DNA of 32,000 nt, from contig NZ_CP046534.1 in the NCBI RefSeq assembly GCF_009827135.1, positions 540,001 through 572,000 on the forward strand. The letters are read 5' to 3'. The stretch is from Blochmannia endosymbiont of Camponotus nipponensis (GTDB lineage: Bacteria; Pseudomonadota; Gammaproteobacteria; Enterobacterales; Enterobacteriaceae). Under the pieces are notes generated by a model. That model saw nothing but the letters and a program-made list of their open reading frames with translations. It ran no database searches and had not been told where the DNA came from. This document shows positions 1-10,833 of the stretch, piece by piece; the stretch's first letter is position 1, and each line of letters starts with the position of its first letter. A program made the translations under genes and the position numbers.

Positions 1-589
1 GTCAGCGATAAAACTTATATTAGATGATTTTGGGTTTGGATTATCGAAACGACATGTTATTCTTTCTACTGCTGGTGTCGTTCCAGGTATAAAAAAACTA
101 AAAGATATGATTGATATACCGTTAGCTATATCTTTACACGCTCCAAATGATGTTATTAGAAATAAGATAATGCCAATTAATAAAAAGTATAATATTAATA
201 GTATATTAGAAGCGGTGCGTAATTATGTGAAAAAAAATAAATATAATCATAGCCGAGTAACAATAGAATATGTGTTATTAAATCATATTAATGACGATGT
301 TTTACATGCTCATCAATTAGCGAAACAACTTCAAGGTATTCCTTGTAAAATTAATTTAATTCCATGGAATCCAATTCCAAATATACAATACACATGTAGT
401 TCTCGCATTCGTATACATTCATTTCTTAAGGTTCTATTACAACATAATATAGTAACCATTATACGAAAAATAAGAGGCGTGGATATTAATGCTGCCTGTG
501 GACAATTGACAGGAGAAGTAATTAACCGTATGCATTGTTGTAATACGTTTTTTTGTGAAAAAATAGATAACACTGATCAAATATCATGA
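1..589 (+). CDS. rlmN: RlmN, radical-SAM 23S rRNA/tRNA adenine-C2 methyltransferase; C-terminal part only (5' end lies upstream of the window)
   Basis: The frame is open from nt 2 ([29 protein letters not shown]...) and runs into the listed 107..589 ORF. The blocks [30 protein letters not shown] and IRK-RG-DI-AACGQL match E. coli RlmN almost residue for residue. ispG lies downstream as in E. coli, without rodZ. Confidence 0.93.
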   Translation, partial: SAIKLILDDFGFGLSKRHVILSTAGVVPGIKKLKDMIDIPLAISLHAPNDVIRNKIMPINKKYNINSILEAVRNYVKKNKYNHSRVTIEYVLLNHINDDVLHAHQLAKQLQGIPCKINLIPWNPIPNIQYTCSSRIRIHSFLKVLLQHNIVTIIRKIRGVDINAACGQLTGEVINRMHCCNTFFCEKIDNTDQIS

Positions 590-884
590 GATAAATTAAT
601 AAAACAGGTATATATAATATTTTCAATGTATGTGGTTTTGATCTTGTTTATACTAAAATTAAAATAATGAATCCGATAATAATTGTGTGTATCGTACGTA
701 GTATGTATCGAAACTTGTAAAAATTATAATTTTCTGTGAGAAAATCACACAACATCCTTACTTTATATAACAAATAAATTTAAATAAATATAATTGTTTG
801 CAACATAAGTATATGATTATATATACTTATGTTTTATATAGTCATGTATTTATGTTTTTAAAACATGAAAATACCGGAGAAAAT

Positions 885-2012
885 ATGAATAAGATTACGA
901 ATATTGTTCGTCGAAAATCTACACGCATTTATATTGGTAATGTTCCTATTGGAGATGGAGCGCCTATTGCGGTTCAATCTATGGTAAACACTCGTACCAC
1001 AAATGTATTAGAGACAATTACTCAAATCAATGCCTTAAAAAAGGCGGGAGTGGATATCGTTCGAATATCAATACCTACTATGGATGCAGCTGAAGCTTTC
1101 AGAGTAATTAAACGACAAATAACCAATGTTCCACTAGTAGCAGATATTCATTTTGATTATCGTATTGCATTAAAAGCAGCTGAGTACGGAGCAGAATGTT
1201 TACGTATCAATCCTGGTAACATCGGGAATGATAAACGTATTCGAGCTGTAGTGCATTGCGCTCAAGATAAAAATATATCTATTCGAATTGGTGTAAATTC
1301 TGGTTCTCTTGAACGTGATTTACAAAAAAAATATGATGGTAATCCAACAGAATATGTCTTATTAGAATCAGCAATGAGGCAGGTAGATATTTTAGATAAA
1401 CTAAATTTTCATCAATTTAAAGTCAGTGTTAAATCTTCTGATGTACAAATAACAATGAAAGCATATCGTGCATTAGCATCAAAAATAGATCAACCTCTAC
1501 ATATAGGTCTTACTGAAGCTGGAGCTTTACGTAATGGTACGGTAAAATCTGCAATAGCTTTAGGTTTTTTATTAAATGAAGGTATTGGAGATACAATACG
1601 AGTATCGTTAGCTACAGATCCTGTAGAAGAGGTAAAGGTGGCATTTGATATTTTAAGAGCTTTAAAGATTCGTGCTCATGGTATTAATTTTATAGCTTGC
1701 CCGGGATGTGCGCGACAAGAATTTAATGTGATCAATGTAGTGAATGCTTTAGAAGAAAAAGTAAGTGATATTACAACACCTATGGATGTATCTATTATTG
1801 GATGTGTAGTTAATGGACCAGGAGAAGCATTGAAATCAACGATTGGAGTTGCTGGCGCACATAATAAAAGTGGTATATATGAAGATGGTATACGACAAAA
1901 AAAACGTTGTGATAACATATCAATAGTTGAAGAATTAGAACGTCGTATTCGAGCTAAATCTAAGTTGTTAAGTGAAAATAGTCATCCTGTGTCACATACA
2001 ATGAATAAATGA
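885..2012 (+). CDS. ispG: IspG (GcpE), 4-hydroxy-3-methylbut-2-enyl diphosphate synthase
   Basis: The listed ORF starts at TTG 798, but E. coli IspG aligns from the ATG at 885 ([33 protein letters not shown]...). GGAGA lies at 876-880 as a Shine-Dalgarno sequence. This start gives 375 aa, close to E. coli IspG. The cysteine motifs [10 protein letters not shown] and GCVVNGPGE are present. Confidence 0.96.
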   Translation: MNKITNIVRRKSTRIYIGNVPIGDGAPIAVQSMVNTRTTNVLETITQINALKKAGVDIVRISIPTMDAAEAFRVIKRQITNVPLVADIHFDYRIALKAAEYGAECLRINPGNIGNDKRIRAVVHCAQDKNISIRIGVNSGSLERDLQKKYDGNPTEYVLLESAMRQVDILDKLNFHQFKVSVKSSDVQITMKAYRALASKIDQPLHIGLTEAGALRNGTVKSAIALGFLLNEGIGDTIRVSLATDPVEEVKVAFDILRALKIRAHGINFIACPGCARQEFNVINVVNALEEKVSDITTPMDVSIIGCVVNGPGEALKSTIGVAGAHNKSGIYEDGIRQKKRCDNISIVEELERRIRAKSKLLSENSHPVSHTMNK

Positions 2013-2034
2013 TTAAAAATATGACGGATTAAAT

Positions 2035-3342
2035 ATGAAAAAAAATATCCAATCTATTCGTGGTATGCATGATTATTTGCCAAAAGATACGGTCATATGG
2101 CAGTATATAGAAAATGTGCTTATAACTATATTAGAAAGTTATGGATATAAGGAAATCCGGTTTCCTATTGTTGAAAATACAGATTTGTTTAAACGTTCAA
2201 TTGGGGAAATTACAGACGTAATAGAGAAGGAAATGTATAATTTTAATGATCGAAACGGTAATAATTTAACATTACGTCCAGAAGGAACATCTGGATGTGT
2301 TCGAGCGGGCATCAAGCATGGATTGTTTTATCATCAAGAGCAGCGTCTATGGTATCTTGGACCAATGTTTCGTTATGAACGTCCTCAAAGGGGGCGTTAT
2401 AGACAATTTCATCAGTTTAGTGCTGAAGCTTTTGGTCAAATAGGACCTGATATAGATGCTGAATTAATTTTAATTACTACTCGTTGTTGGAAGAAATTGG
2501 GAATCAATCATCATTTATCGTTGGAATTAAATTCAATTGGTTCATTATCATCTAGAATAAATTATCGTAAAAGATTAATAACTTTTTTAGAAAAAAATTT
2601 AAAAAATTTAGATCATAATGCTTTACGTCGTTTATATTCCAATCCAATGCGAATATTAGATACTAAAAATAGCAAGATTAAAGAATTATTGCTACATGCT
2701 CCTATGTTAAGTGATTATTTAGATGATGCTTCACATGTTCATTTTTCTGAATTATGTCAACTGTTAGATTTCTTAGGGATTCCGTATGCAGTTAATCCGT
2801 ATTTAGTACGTGGTTTAGATTATTATAACAGAACAGTTTTTGAATGGGTTACTAATAGTTTAGGAGTAAAAAAGACTATCTGTGCTGGTGGCCGTTATGA
2901 TGAATTAGTGCAGGAATTAGGAGGACATTCGATGCCTGCAGTAGGATTTTCTATAGGGTTAGAACGTGTGATATTGTTGCTACAGAAAATTAATGACAGC
3001 ACTATTTTGAATAAAAATATATACATTGATGTATATTTGATTAGTTTAGGGCGTAATTCTCAAAAACATTCAATGCTACTATCTGAACATATTCGTTCAA
3101 TGTTGCCATCTATACGATTAATGGTACATCATGGAGGTGGTAGTATAAAAAAACAATTTTATTATGCTAATAAATATAAGACACAAGTGGTATTAATCAT
3201 GAGTGAGAAGAATGCTCTTGAAAAAACGATTATTCTAAAAGATTTACAATTAGGAACTCAAGAAATATTACAACACCACGCGGTGTCCGCAAGATTAAAG
3301 CATATATTACATGCTACGCATAAACTTGTTTATCATAAGTAA
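2035..3342 (+). CDS. hisS: Histidine--tRNA ligase
   Basis: The 435-aa ORF matches E. coli HisS from [16 protein letters not shown] through [59 protein letters not shown] and GFSIGLERV. The start is 22 nt after the ispG stop. Confidence 0.97.
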   Translation: MKKNIQSIRGMHDYLPKDTVIWQYIENVLITILESYGYKEIRFPIVENTDLFKRSIGEITDVIEKEMYNFNDRNGNNLTLRPEGTSGCVRAGIKHGLFYHQEQRLWYLGPMFRYERPQRGRYRQFHQFSAEAFGQIGPDIDAELILITTRCWKKLGINHHLSLELNSIGSLSSRINYRKRLITFLEKNLKNLDHNALRRLYSNPMRILDTKNSKIKELLLHAPMLSDYLDDASHVHFSELCQLLDFLGIPYAVNPYLVRGLDYYNRTVFEWVTNSLGVKKTICAGGRYDELVQELGGHSMPAVGFSIGLERVILLLQKINDSTILNKNIYIDVYLISLGRNSQKHSMLLSEHIRSMLPSIRLMVHHGGGSIKKQFYYANKYKTQVVLIMSEKNALEKTIILKDLQLGTQEILQHHAVSARLKHILHATHKLVYHK

Positions 3343-3622
3343 GTATAATATGAGTGTCAATTATTTCAGAAAAAATAAGATTATATGGATATTAATAAAG
3401 TTATAAATATTAAATGACTATATATAATTTTAAATATTATAAAGCTATTTTTTTTCTATTGCGTTATAATTACTGATTATAAAAAAAATTGTTATTTCAG
3501 CGAGTTATATTGTTTTTTTTATAAATAAATTACTTAAAATATAGGAATAACCGTATTATGCATATAATATTGAAATTATCGCAGGTAAATATGTACATAT
3601 GTTATTTATAGATGATTAAATA

Positions 3623-5035
3623 ATGTTACCTGTTATTACAATAGTTGGGCAGAAGAATGTAGGTAAGTCTACATTGTTTAATAAATTAACACGTACGCAT
3701 GATGCTTTAATATCTAATTATCCAGGATTAACACGAGATCGACAATATGGTTATATGTTATATAAACAATGTAAATGTATTCTTGTTGATACTGGAGGTA
3801 TTGACGAATTATATAATATACACATAGAAAGTATTGAAAATCATGTAACCTATCAAACAACTCTCGCAATAAAAGAAGCTGATATTGTACTATTTATGAT
3901 GGATAGACAATCTGTAGAGTCGTCTATAAATTATGATATTGTAAATTTTTTAAAAAAATTAAAAAAAATTATATTTGTTATCATTAATAAAATTGATGAT
4001 ATCCCATACCATATACATACCATGATATGGGATTACTATTCTTTTGGTATAAAAAATGTTATTTTTATTTCTGCAATTCATGGACATGGAATGGATAATT
4101 TATTAGAAAAAATATCTTCATTTGTTTCAAAAAATATATTTTTTCACAGAAATAATACATCTGAAATCAATGTAAATAATGTTATTTATCATAGCAATAT
4201 AGGTTCTTTTTGGGATAAAACAGATCCTACTATTACATTAGCTGTTGTAGGCCGACCTAATTCCGGTAAATCTACTTTTGTTAATCATATGTTAGGGAAA
4301 AATCGAATGATTACCTGCAGTACACCAGGAACTACTCGAAATTGTGTGTATGTGCCTATAATATATAATGATCAACAATATATATTGGTTGATACCGCAG
4401 GTGTGAGAAAAAGGAAAAAAATAAAGAATACAGCAGAGCAAATTTCTATTGTAAAGACATTGCAGATTATTAAGACCGTCCCGCTCCTGTTGTTCATAGG
4501 AGATGTAAATGTGGGGATATCTGATCAGGATTTATCTTTATTACGATTTATTGTAAATAATGGTAAATCTTTAATCATCGTTTTTAATAAATGGGATAAA
4601 ATATCTCCAAATTTACGTAATAAAACTAAGAATGAATTATATGAAAAAATAAATTTTGTTAATTTTACTCAAATATATTTTATTTCAGCATTATACGGAA
4701 ATGGCATGAAAACATTATTTCAATCAATTGAAAAAACATATCCTTTTTTTCGTGCTACAAAAATTATTAATACAGCACGTTTGATTCGTATAATGCATGC
4801 AGCTATATCTAAGTATCCTCCTCCATTTTTATATGGTAGTAGAATTAAACCTAAATATGTTCATATTGGTAAACACGAACCACTAACTCTAATAATCCAT
4901 GGTACTCATGTTAGTAAATTACCTGTTGATTATAAACGATATTTAAAAAATTATTTTTATTGTATGCTAAATATTCCAGGTGTTTTATTACATGTACGTT
5001 TTAAGGATACTATTAATCCATTTCTTAATAAGTAA
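3623..5035 (+). CDS. der: Der (EngA), double-GTPase ribosome assembly factor
   Basis: 470 aa with two tandem G domains: GQKNVGKST / DTGG / NKID and GRPNSGKST / DTAG / NKWD. A KH-like C-terminus is present (PPPFLYGSRIKPKYVHIG...IIHGTHVSKLPVDYKRYLKNYF). Collinear with E. coli Der throughout. Confidence 0.95.
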   Translation: MLPVITIVGQKNVGKSTLFNKLTRTHDALISNYPGLTRDRQYGYMLYKQCKCILVDTGGIDELYNIHIESIENHVTYQTTLAIKEADIVLFMMDRQSVESSINYDIVNFLKKLKKIIFVIINKIDDIPYHIHTMIWDYYSFGIKNVIFISAIHGHGMDNLLEKISSFVSKNIFFHRNNTSEINVNNVIYHSNIGSFWDKTDPTITLAVVGRPNSGKSTFVNHMLGKNRMITCSTPGTTRNCVYVPIIYNDQQYILVDTAGVRKRKKIKNTAEQISIVKTLQIIKTVPLLLFIGDVNVGISDQDLSLLRFIVNNGKSLIIVFNKWDKISPNLRNKTKNELYEKINFVNFTQIYFISALYGNGMKTLFQSIEKTYPFFRATKIINTARLIRIMHAAISKYPPPFLYGSRIKPKYVHIGKHEPLTLIIHGTHVSKLPVDYKRYLKNYFYCMLNIPGVLLHVRFKDTINPFLNK

Positions 5036-5082
5036 AAATATATAAGCATACAATTAATCATAAATTAGTATTTATCTAATAA

Positions 5083-5103
5083 ATCAGCACGTTGGGTGCT
5101 GAT
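5083..5103. terminator. GC-containing 8-bp stem / 5-nt loop hairpin at the convergent der/mqo junction; candidate bidirectional terminator
   Basis: ATCAGCAC-gttgg-GTGCTGAT, with 5 of 8 pairs G:C. This is unusual in this AT-rich DNA. It overlaps the mqo stop codon (5084-5086) and lies 48 nt after the der stop. The flanks are A/U-rich on the minus-strand transcript (UUAUUAGAUAAAU) and partly U-rich on the plus-strand transcript. Confidence 0.35.
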
Positions 5104-6646
5104 GATCTGTTGCTTCTATGTAATTTAATTTCAAAATATTGCAAGTATAGCGTCTAATTTTATTTACTAAAATAATATTATTGTTTAAATTATTAGGATA
5201 TGATGGGATCATATTTATAAGTTTATTTTTCCATGTATCACTATCAATTTTATCATTGAACATCGTATCTAAAAGCTCTAGTATTATTGACACTACAGTA
5301 GATGCCCCTGGAGATGCGCCAAGGAGTGCTGATAAAGTACGATCATTAGAACTGACTACTTCTGTTCCAAATTGTAGTATGCCTCTGTTTTTATTATTTT
5401 TTTTAATAATTTGAACACGTTGTCCTGCTTTTATTAAAGTCCAATCTGATGGATTAACTGTTGGATAATATTTTTTAAGTTCGTCAATACGTTTCATATC
5501 TGACATAGTTAATTGATGAATTAAATATTTAAGTAAATCAAAATTATCTATTCCAGCTTGAAGCATTGGAATAAAATTGTGTTTATTGAAAGAATGAAAT
5601 AGATCTAACCATGACCCATATTTCAAAAATTTACTACTAAAAGTAGCAAATGGACCGAATAATAAAATTTTATCACCATTTAATATTCTAGTATCCATAT
5701 GAGGAACTGACATTGGGGGTGTGTTAATGGATGCTTTCCCGTATACTTTAGCTAAATGTTGTGTCACTATTTTTGGGTTTTTTGTGACTAAAAATTGGCC
5801 TCCTACTGGAAATCCAGCATATCCACTAATTTCTGGAACATCAGAAGATTGTAACAGGCTAAGGGATCTTCCTCCTGCTCCTACAAAGACATAATTTGTG
5901 TGAATACATTTTCTTTGTTTAGATTGTTGATCAATTATATGTACATTCCAAGTTGTGTCGTTATTATGTTTTATGCATTCAACGTCATGTTGTACATACA
6001 TATTAAAATTTAAACTTTTTTTTAATTTGTTCAATAACTGTTGAGTAAGTGCTCCAAAATTAACATCCGTACCCATCTCCATGCGAGTAGCTGCTATTTT
6101 TTGAGATGTGTTACGACCGTTAACAACAAGAGGAATCCACTGATGAATTTGCTGTAGATCTTCAGAAAAAACCATACCACTAAATAAAATACTGCTTTGC
6201 AATGCTTGAAAACGTTTTTTTAAAAAATAAACATTTTCTTCACCCCATACAAAACTCATGTGTGGGACACTATTGATAAAAGAACTGGGACACTTAATTA
6301 CTTGTGTTTGTACTAAATATGCCCAAAATTGCCGTGATATTTCAAATGCTTCATTAACGGCAATAGCTTTTGAGATGTCAATGGAGTAATCTTTGTGGTT
6401 ATATTGAGTGTAATTGAGTTCACAAAATGCTGCATGTCCAGTGCCAGCATTGTTCCATACATTAGAGCTTTCTTGTGCTGGTTTGTGAAGACGTTCATAT
6501 ATATGAATCTTCCAAGTTGGCTCAAGAATTCTTAAAAACATACCAAAAGTTGCACTCATGATTCCAGCACCAATCAACACTACATCTGCATGAGATGTAA
6601 TTTTAATTAAATGATGTTGTTTAGTGAAAACATCAGTATTACTCAT
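5084..6646 (-). CDS. mqo: Malate:quinone oxidoreductase
   Basis: 520 aa. Contains the FAD fold DVVLIGAGIMSAT, then ESSN-WNNAGTGHAA, HMSFVWGE, AGFPVGGQFLV, KVYGKAS...PPMSVPHMDTR and LLGASPGAST. All are collinear with E. coli Mqo. Confidence 0.95.
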   Translation of the reverse strand: MSNTDVFTKQHHLIKITSHADVVLIGAGIMSATFGMFLRILEPTWKIHIYERLHKPAQESSNVWNNAGTGHAAFCELNYTQYNHKDYSIDISKAIAVNEAFEISRQFWAYLVQTQVIKCPSSFINSVPHMSFVWGEENVYFLKKRFQALQSSILFSGMVFSEDLQQIHQWIPLVVNGRNTSQKIAATRMEMGTDVNFGALTQQLLNKLKKSLNFNMYVQHDVECIKHNNDTTWNVHIIDQQSKQRKCIHTNYVFVGAGGRSLSLLQSSDVPEISGYAGFPVGGQFLVTKNPKIVTQHLAKVYGKASINTPPMSVPHMDTRILNGDKILLFGPFATFSSKFLKYGSWLDLFHSFNKHNFIPMLQAGIDNFDLLKYLIHQLTMSDMKRIDELKKYYPTVNPSDWTLIKAGQRVQIIKKNNKNRGILQFGTEVVSSNDRTLSALLGASPGASTVVSIILELLDTMFNDKIDSDTWKNKLINMIPSYPNNLNNNIILVNKIRRYTCNILKLNYIEATDHQHPTC

Positions 6647-7293
6647 TTTTATAACTTAATAAAATTATATTTAGCGTCTTTTTTGATTTTTAATAATAAA
6701 AAAAATAAAACTTTTAGTATGATAATATAAATTATTTGTCATATAGTAAGCTTTTTAATGTAATTAATCTACTTTTAATTTTAGTGTAATTAAGTTATTT
6801 TTTGACAAGAGCATAAATAAGTTATAAAAATATAATAAAACTACTATTCAATTAAATTTAAAATTATCAAATATAAAGATATTATTAATATAATAGCTTG
6901 TTATCAGGTCAAAAATATAATTTTTTTATATAAACTTTATATATAACAATATATTTGTTGATGATTATCATATCAATATGTATAACTTTGATAGAATTTG
7001 TCATGATAAATTTTTGCAACTTACATGTTAAAACTTGATTAATTACATAATTTATGCTAAAAATGACATTTTTAGATATTGTATTATACATAATGTGATT
7101 TAATGAGCTTAAGGTGTTGGTCTTGATTATTTGGTTGTGGGTTGAGTTAATGGTGAGTTTTAATATTAATATGGGCGAGATTGGTTAAGGTATTGTGTGT
7201 TATATTTGGATAGTCTTAAAGTATAATGATGGAACTATACTGTAGTGTATAGTGGTGTAATTTATTTAGTTATTCGTTATGTTAGATAATTTC

Positions 7294-8763
7294 ATGTTAC
7301 GTTGTATTAAAGAGGCTTTAACTTTTGATGATGTCTTAATCGTTCCGTCTTGTTCAAAAGTACTTCCTACGGAAACGGTTTTAAAAAGTTCGCTTACTAG
7401 TTCTGTTGCTTTAAATATTCCTATTGTATCGTCAGCAATGGATACGGTGACTGAATCAGATTTGGCCATTGCTTTAGCTCAGGAGGGTGGTTTAGGTTTT
7501 ATTCATAGAAATATGTCCGTAGAGAAACAAATTAATGAAGTACGTAGAGTTAAACGTTATGAGAGTGGAGTGGTAACTAATCCAAAGTGTGTTACTCCTG
7601 ATACGACCTTGCTGCAAGTGAAAGAGTTAACTGCTTGTAATGGGTTTGCTGGTTATCCAGTTGTTATGAATACGAATGAATTGGTGGGTATTGTTACAAG
7701 TCGTGATGTTAGATTTGTTAACAATTTATCAAATTTAGTGTTTTCTGTTATGACTCCTAAAGAACGTTTAGTTACAGTACGAGAAGAAGAAAATAGGGAA
7801 ATAGTATTGAGTAAAATGCATGATAAGAGAGTAGAAAAAATTTTATTGATTGATTCTTTATTTCATCTTAAAGGTATGATTACGGCAAAAGATTTTGAAA
7901 AAGCAAAACGTAAGCCACATGCTTGCAAAGATGATTATGGAAGATTATGTGTTGGTGCTGCTATTGGGGTAGGAAATGATTATAAAGAACGTGTTGAAGG
8001 ATTGGTTGCTGTTGGTTTAGATGTATTGCTTATTGATTCTTCTCATGGACATTCAGATAGGGTTTTAGATTGTATTAAAACTATTCGAAATATGTATCCT
8101 GATTTGTCTATCATAGGGGGTAATGTTGTTACGAAAGAGGGGGCTTTAGCGCTGGTAAAATCTGGTGCTAGTGCAGTGAAAGTCGGTATTGGGCCTGGTT
8201 CTATTTGCACTACTCGTATCATTACTGGTGTAGGAATTCCTCAAATTACAGCTATTTCTGATGTAGCGGAAGCATTAAAAAATATGAGTGTTCCAGTCAT
8301 TGCGGATGGAGGCATTCGTTTTTCGGGGGATATTGCTAAAGCGATAGCGGCTGGCGCGCATTGTGTAATGATTGGTTCGTTACTAGCAGGTACAGAGGAA
8401 TCGCCAGGAGATATAGAATTTTATCAAGGTAGGTCTTTTAAAACTTATCGGGGTATGGGATCTTTAGGAGCTATGTATCAAGGTTCTGCTGATCGATACT
8501 TTCAAGAACAGGATTCTGTTATTAGTCATAAATTGGTACCGGAAGGTATAGAAGGACGTGTTCCTTATAAAGGAAATTTGGAGGCAATTATACATCAATT
8601 AATGGGAGGCGTACGTTCTTGTATGGGTTTAACAGGTTGCGTTACTATTAATGATTTAAGAACACAGGTTAAATTTGTGCGTGTTAGTCCTTCTGGTATG
8701 AGAGAAAGTCATGTGCACGATGTAATGATAACAAAAGAATCACCCAATTATCGTGTAAGATGA
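7294..8763 (+). CDS. guaB: IMP dehydrogenase
   Basis: The ORF opens at ATG 7279, but E. coli GuaB ([15 protein letters not shown]) aligns from the second ATG at 7294 ([15 protein letters not shown]). That start gives 489 aa against about 488 in E. coli. The catalytic loop [11 protein letters not shown], the CBS pair region, [12 protein letters not shown] and the C-terminus ITKESPNYR are present. Either start is possible. Confidence 0.96.
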   Translation: MLRCIKEALTFDDVLIVPSCSKVLPTETVLKSSLTSSVALNIPIVSSAMDTVTESDLAIALAQEGGLGFIHRNMSVEKQINEVRRVKRYESGVVTNPKCVTPDTTLLQVKELTACNGFAGYPVVMNTNELVGIVTSRDVRFVNNLSNLVFSVMTPKERLVTVREEENREIVLSKMHDKRVEKILLIDSLFHLKGMITAKDFEKAKRKPHACKDDYGRLCVGAAIGVGNDYKERVEGLVAVGLDVLLIDSSHGHSDRVLDCIKTIRNMYPDLSIIGGNVVTKEGALALVKSGASAVKVGIGPGSICTTRIITGVGIPQITAISDVAEALKNMSVPVIADGGIRFSGDIAKAIAAGAHCVMIGSLLAGTEESPGDIEFYQGRSFKTYRGMGSLGAMYQGSADRYFQEQDSVISHKLVPEGIEGRVPYKGNLEAIIHQLMGGVRSCMGLTGCVTINDLRTQVKFVRVSPSGMRESHVHDVMITKESPNYRVR

Positions 8764-8857
8764 TTAATGATGAAAATGTTACGTATGTATAAATAAATAT
8801 GTTATTCACGTGGTGTAGTCGGTGTTATTAGTCACTAAACATGTGGTTAATTAATGA

Positions 8858-10468
8858 ATGATGAATGTAAATCGAAGGAAAAGATATAGTATAAAATACA
8901 ATGACCATCGTATTTTAGTGATAGATTTCGGATCTCAATATACTCAGTTGCTATTGAGAAGAATTCGTGAACTGGGGGTATATTCTGAACTTTGTTCGTG
9001 GAATATTAGTGAATCCCAAGTATTTGCCTTTAATCCTAAAGGTATTATTCTTTCTGGAGGGCCTCATAGTGTTAACGAAAGGCATGCTCCGTATATTCCT
9101 GAATTTTTTTTTCAATTAGGTGTACCTATATTTGGTATTTGTTATGGTATGCAGATTATGTCGTTGCAATTGGGTGGGCAAGTAACACATGCAATTGTAC
9201 AGCGTGAATTTGGTTGTTCTCAGATAACAATTCTTTCTGAAAATGTTCTTATAAATGACATTTATGATTGTGTTGATGGTGTGACAGGGCGTTTAACGCT
9301 TGATGTATGGATGAGTCATGGAGATGTTATTACTACTGTTCCTAAAGGTTTTAGTATTATTGGTGTTAATAAATATAATCAAGTTGCTATTATGGCCAAT
9401 GAAGATCGTCGTTTATATGGTGTACAATTTCATCCGGAAGTTACTCATACTAAAAAAGGAAAATTTATTTTGGAGCGTTTTATTACATGTATCTGTCGTT
9501 GTCAATCTTCTTGGAAAATAACTAATATTATAAATAATGTTGTTATGGATATTCGGATGAAAGTGGGTAAGGATAAAGTAGTGCTTGGTTTGTCAGGTGG
9601 GATTGATTCTCTTGTTACAGCTTTGTTACTACGACGTGCAATTGGCCGTCAATTTATTTGTATTTTTATTGATAATGGATTGTTATTAAATTATGAATTT
9701 AACAGGATTAGAGATGTATGTGCTAAAAATTATAATTTGGATGTTATTTATGTATCTAAAGAACAACAATTTTTAAATGCTTTAATTGGAGTTGTTGATC
9801 CAGAGGAAAAAAGAAAAGTAATTGGAAGGGTTTTTACAGAAGTGTTTGAAGAACAAATTCGTGGTTTAGTAGGAGTGAAATGGTTAGCTCAAGGCACGAT
9901 ATATTCAGATGTTATTGAATCTGGTAGGACCTTTTCTTCTGGTAAAAATGTAATTAAATCACATCATAATGTAGGTGGTTTTTTTGGAATTATGGGTATT
10001 CGGTTATTGGAGCCTATAAGAAATTTATTTAAAGATGAAGTTCGTAACATTGGGGTAGATTTAGGTTTGCCTTATGATATAGTTTATCGTTATCCATTTC
10101 CAGGTCCTGGTTTAGCTGTTAGAATATTAGGTGAGGTAAAAAAGGAATATTGCGACATTTTACGTAAAGTAGATTTTATTTTTATTGAGGAGTTGAAGCG
10201 TGATAATTTGTATTACAAAGTTAGTCAGGCTTTTGCAGTGTTTTTACCTATATATTCAGTAGGGATACAAGGTGATCGACGTAAATATAAATGGGTGATA
10301 GCACTGCGCGCGGTAGAAACTGTAGATTTTATGACAGCACATTGGGTTTATTTATCTTATGATTTTTTAAATAAGGTATCTAATCGTATTGTTAATGAAG
10401 TTGAGGAGGTATCTCGTGTAGTGTACGATATCTCTTCTAAACCTCCAGCTACTATTGAATGGGAATAA
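8858..10468 (+). CDS. guaA: GMP synthase (glutamine-hydrolysing)
   Basis: 536 aa. Contains the GATase motifs ILSGGPHS and ICYGMQ, HPEVTHT, the ATP-pyrophosphatase P-loop GLSGGIDS, KSHHNVGG and the C-terminus YDISSKPPATIEWE. It follows guaB as in the E. coli guaBA operon. The start could be 8858 or 8861. Confidence 0.97.
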   Translation: MMNVNRRKRYSIKYNDHRILVIDFGSQYTQLLLRRIRELGVYSELCSWNISESQVFAFNPKGIILSGGPHSVNERHAPYIPEFFFQLGVPIFGICYGMQIMSLQLGGQVTHAIVQREFGCSQITILSENVLINDIYDCVDGVTGRLTLDVWMSHGDVITTVPKGFSIIGVNKYNQVAIMANEDRRLYGVQFHPEVTHTKKGKFILERFITCICRCQSSWKITNIINNVVMDIRMKVGKDKVVLGLSGGIDSLVTALLLRRAIGRQFICIFIDNGLLLNYEFNRIRDVCAKNYNLDVIYVSKEQQFLNALIGVVDPEEKRKVIGRVFTEVFEEQIRGLVGVKWLAQGTIYSDVIESGRTFSSGKNVIKSHHNVGGFFGIMGIRLLEPIRNLFKDEVRNIGVDLGLPYDIVYRYPFPGPGLAVRILGEVKKEYCDILRKVDFIFIEELKRDNLYYKVSQAFAVFLPIYSVGIQGDRRKYKWVIALRAVETVDFMTAHWVYLSYDFLNKVSNRIVNEVEEVSRVVYDISSKPPATIEWE

Positions 10469-10687
10469 ACATATAAGTTTAAATGTTAAGGTTTGTATAT
10501 TTATGTCGTCTATAAAATAAACAGTTGAGAAAGATTTGTATTATATAGTGATTTTTTAAGATTGTTTGATTTTTTTTGTATGTATTATTGATAAAAAATT
10601 GAAACAATGAGGATTAAGAGTAAGTGTTGTCTATACTGAGATATATATTATATGGACTGTTATTTATATGGATTTATAATGTTTTAA

Positions 10688-10708
10688 ATATATATATATA
10701 TATATATA
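10688..10708. repeat. Perfect (AT/TA) dinucleotide microsatellite, about 10 units
   Basis: An uninterrupted alternating A/T run of 21 nt, read directly from the sequence. It lies 125 nt upstream of the ureD ATG in the guaA-ureD spacer. Confidence 0.9.
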
Positions 10709-10833
10709 CGAATTGTTTAAGTTATGTTGTTGTTTTTGATAGAATTAGGTATAGTGTTTTATTGTAATAATGATTTTTATATGTAGATGGATTTGTTGTT
10801 GTAGTTTTTAAAAATATTTTATATTAGATTTTA

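Noticed and set aside
798-884. N-terminal extensions implied by the longest-ORF calls: ispG from TTG 798, guaB from 7279, upp from 16986 and ureF from TTG 14522.
   Set aside because: The homologous E. coli and Klebsiella proteins align from the downstream ATGs at 885, 7294, 17004 and 14540, which also reproduce the expected lengths. The ispG extension ([20 protein letters not shown]...) is A/T-spacer translation. The guaB and upp cases remain slightly ambiguous.
6909-7091. A 60-codon minus-strand ORF in the mqo-guaB spacer.
   Set aside because: It is an Ile/Asn/Lys/Tyr-rich translation of nearly pure A/T DNA. It has no motif and no Shine-Dalgarno sequence, and its length is at the detection threshold.
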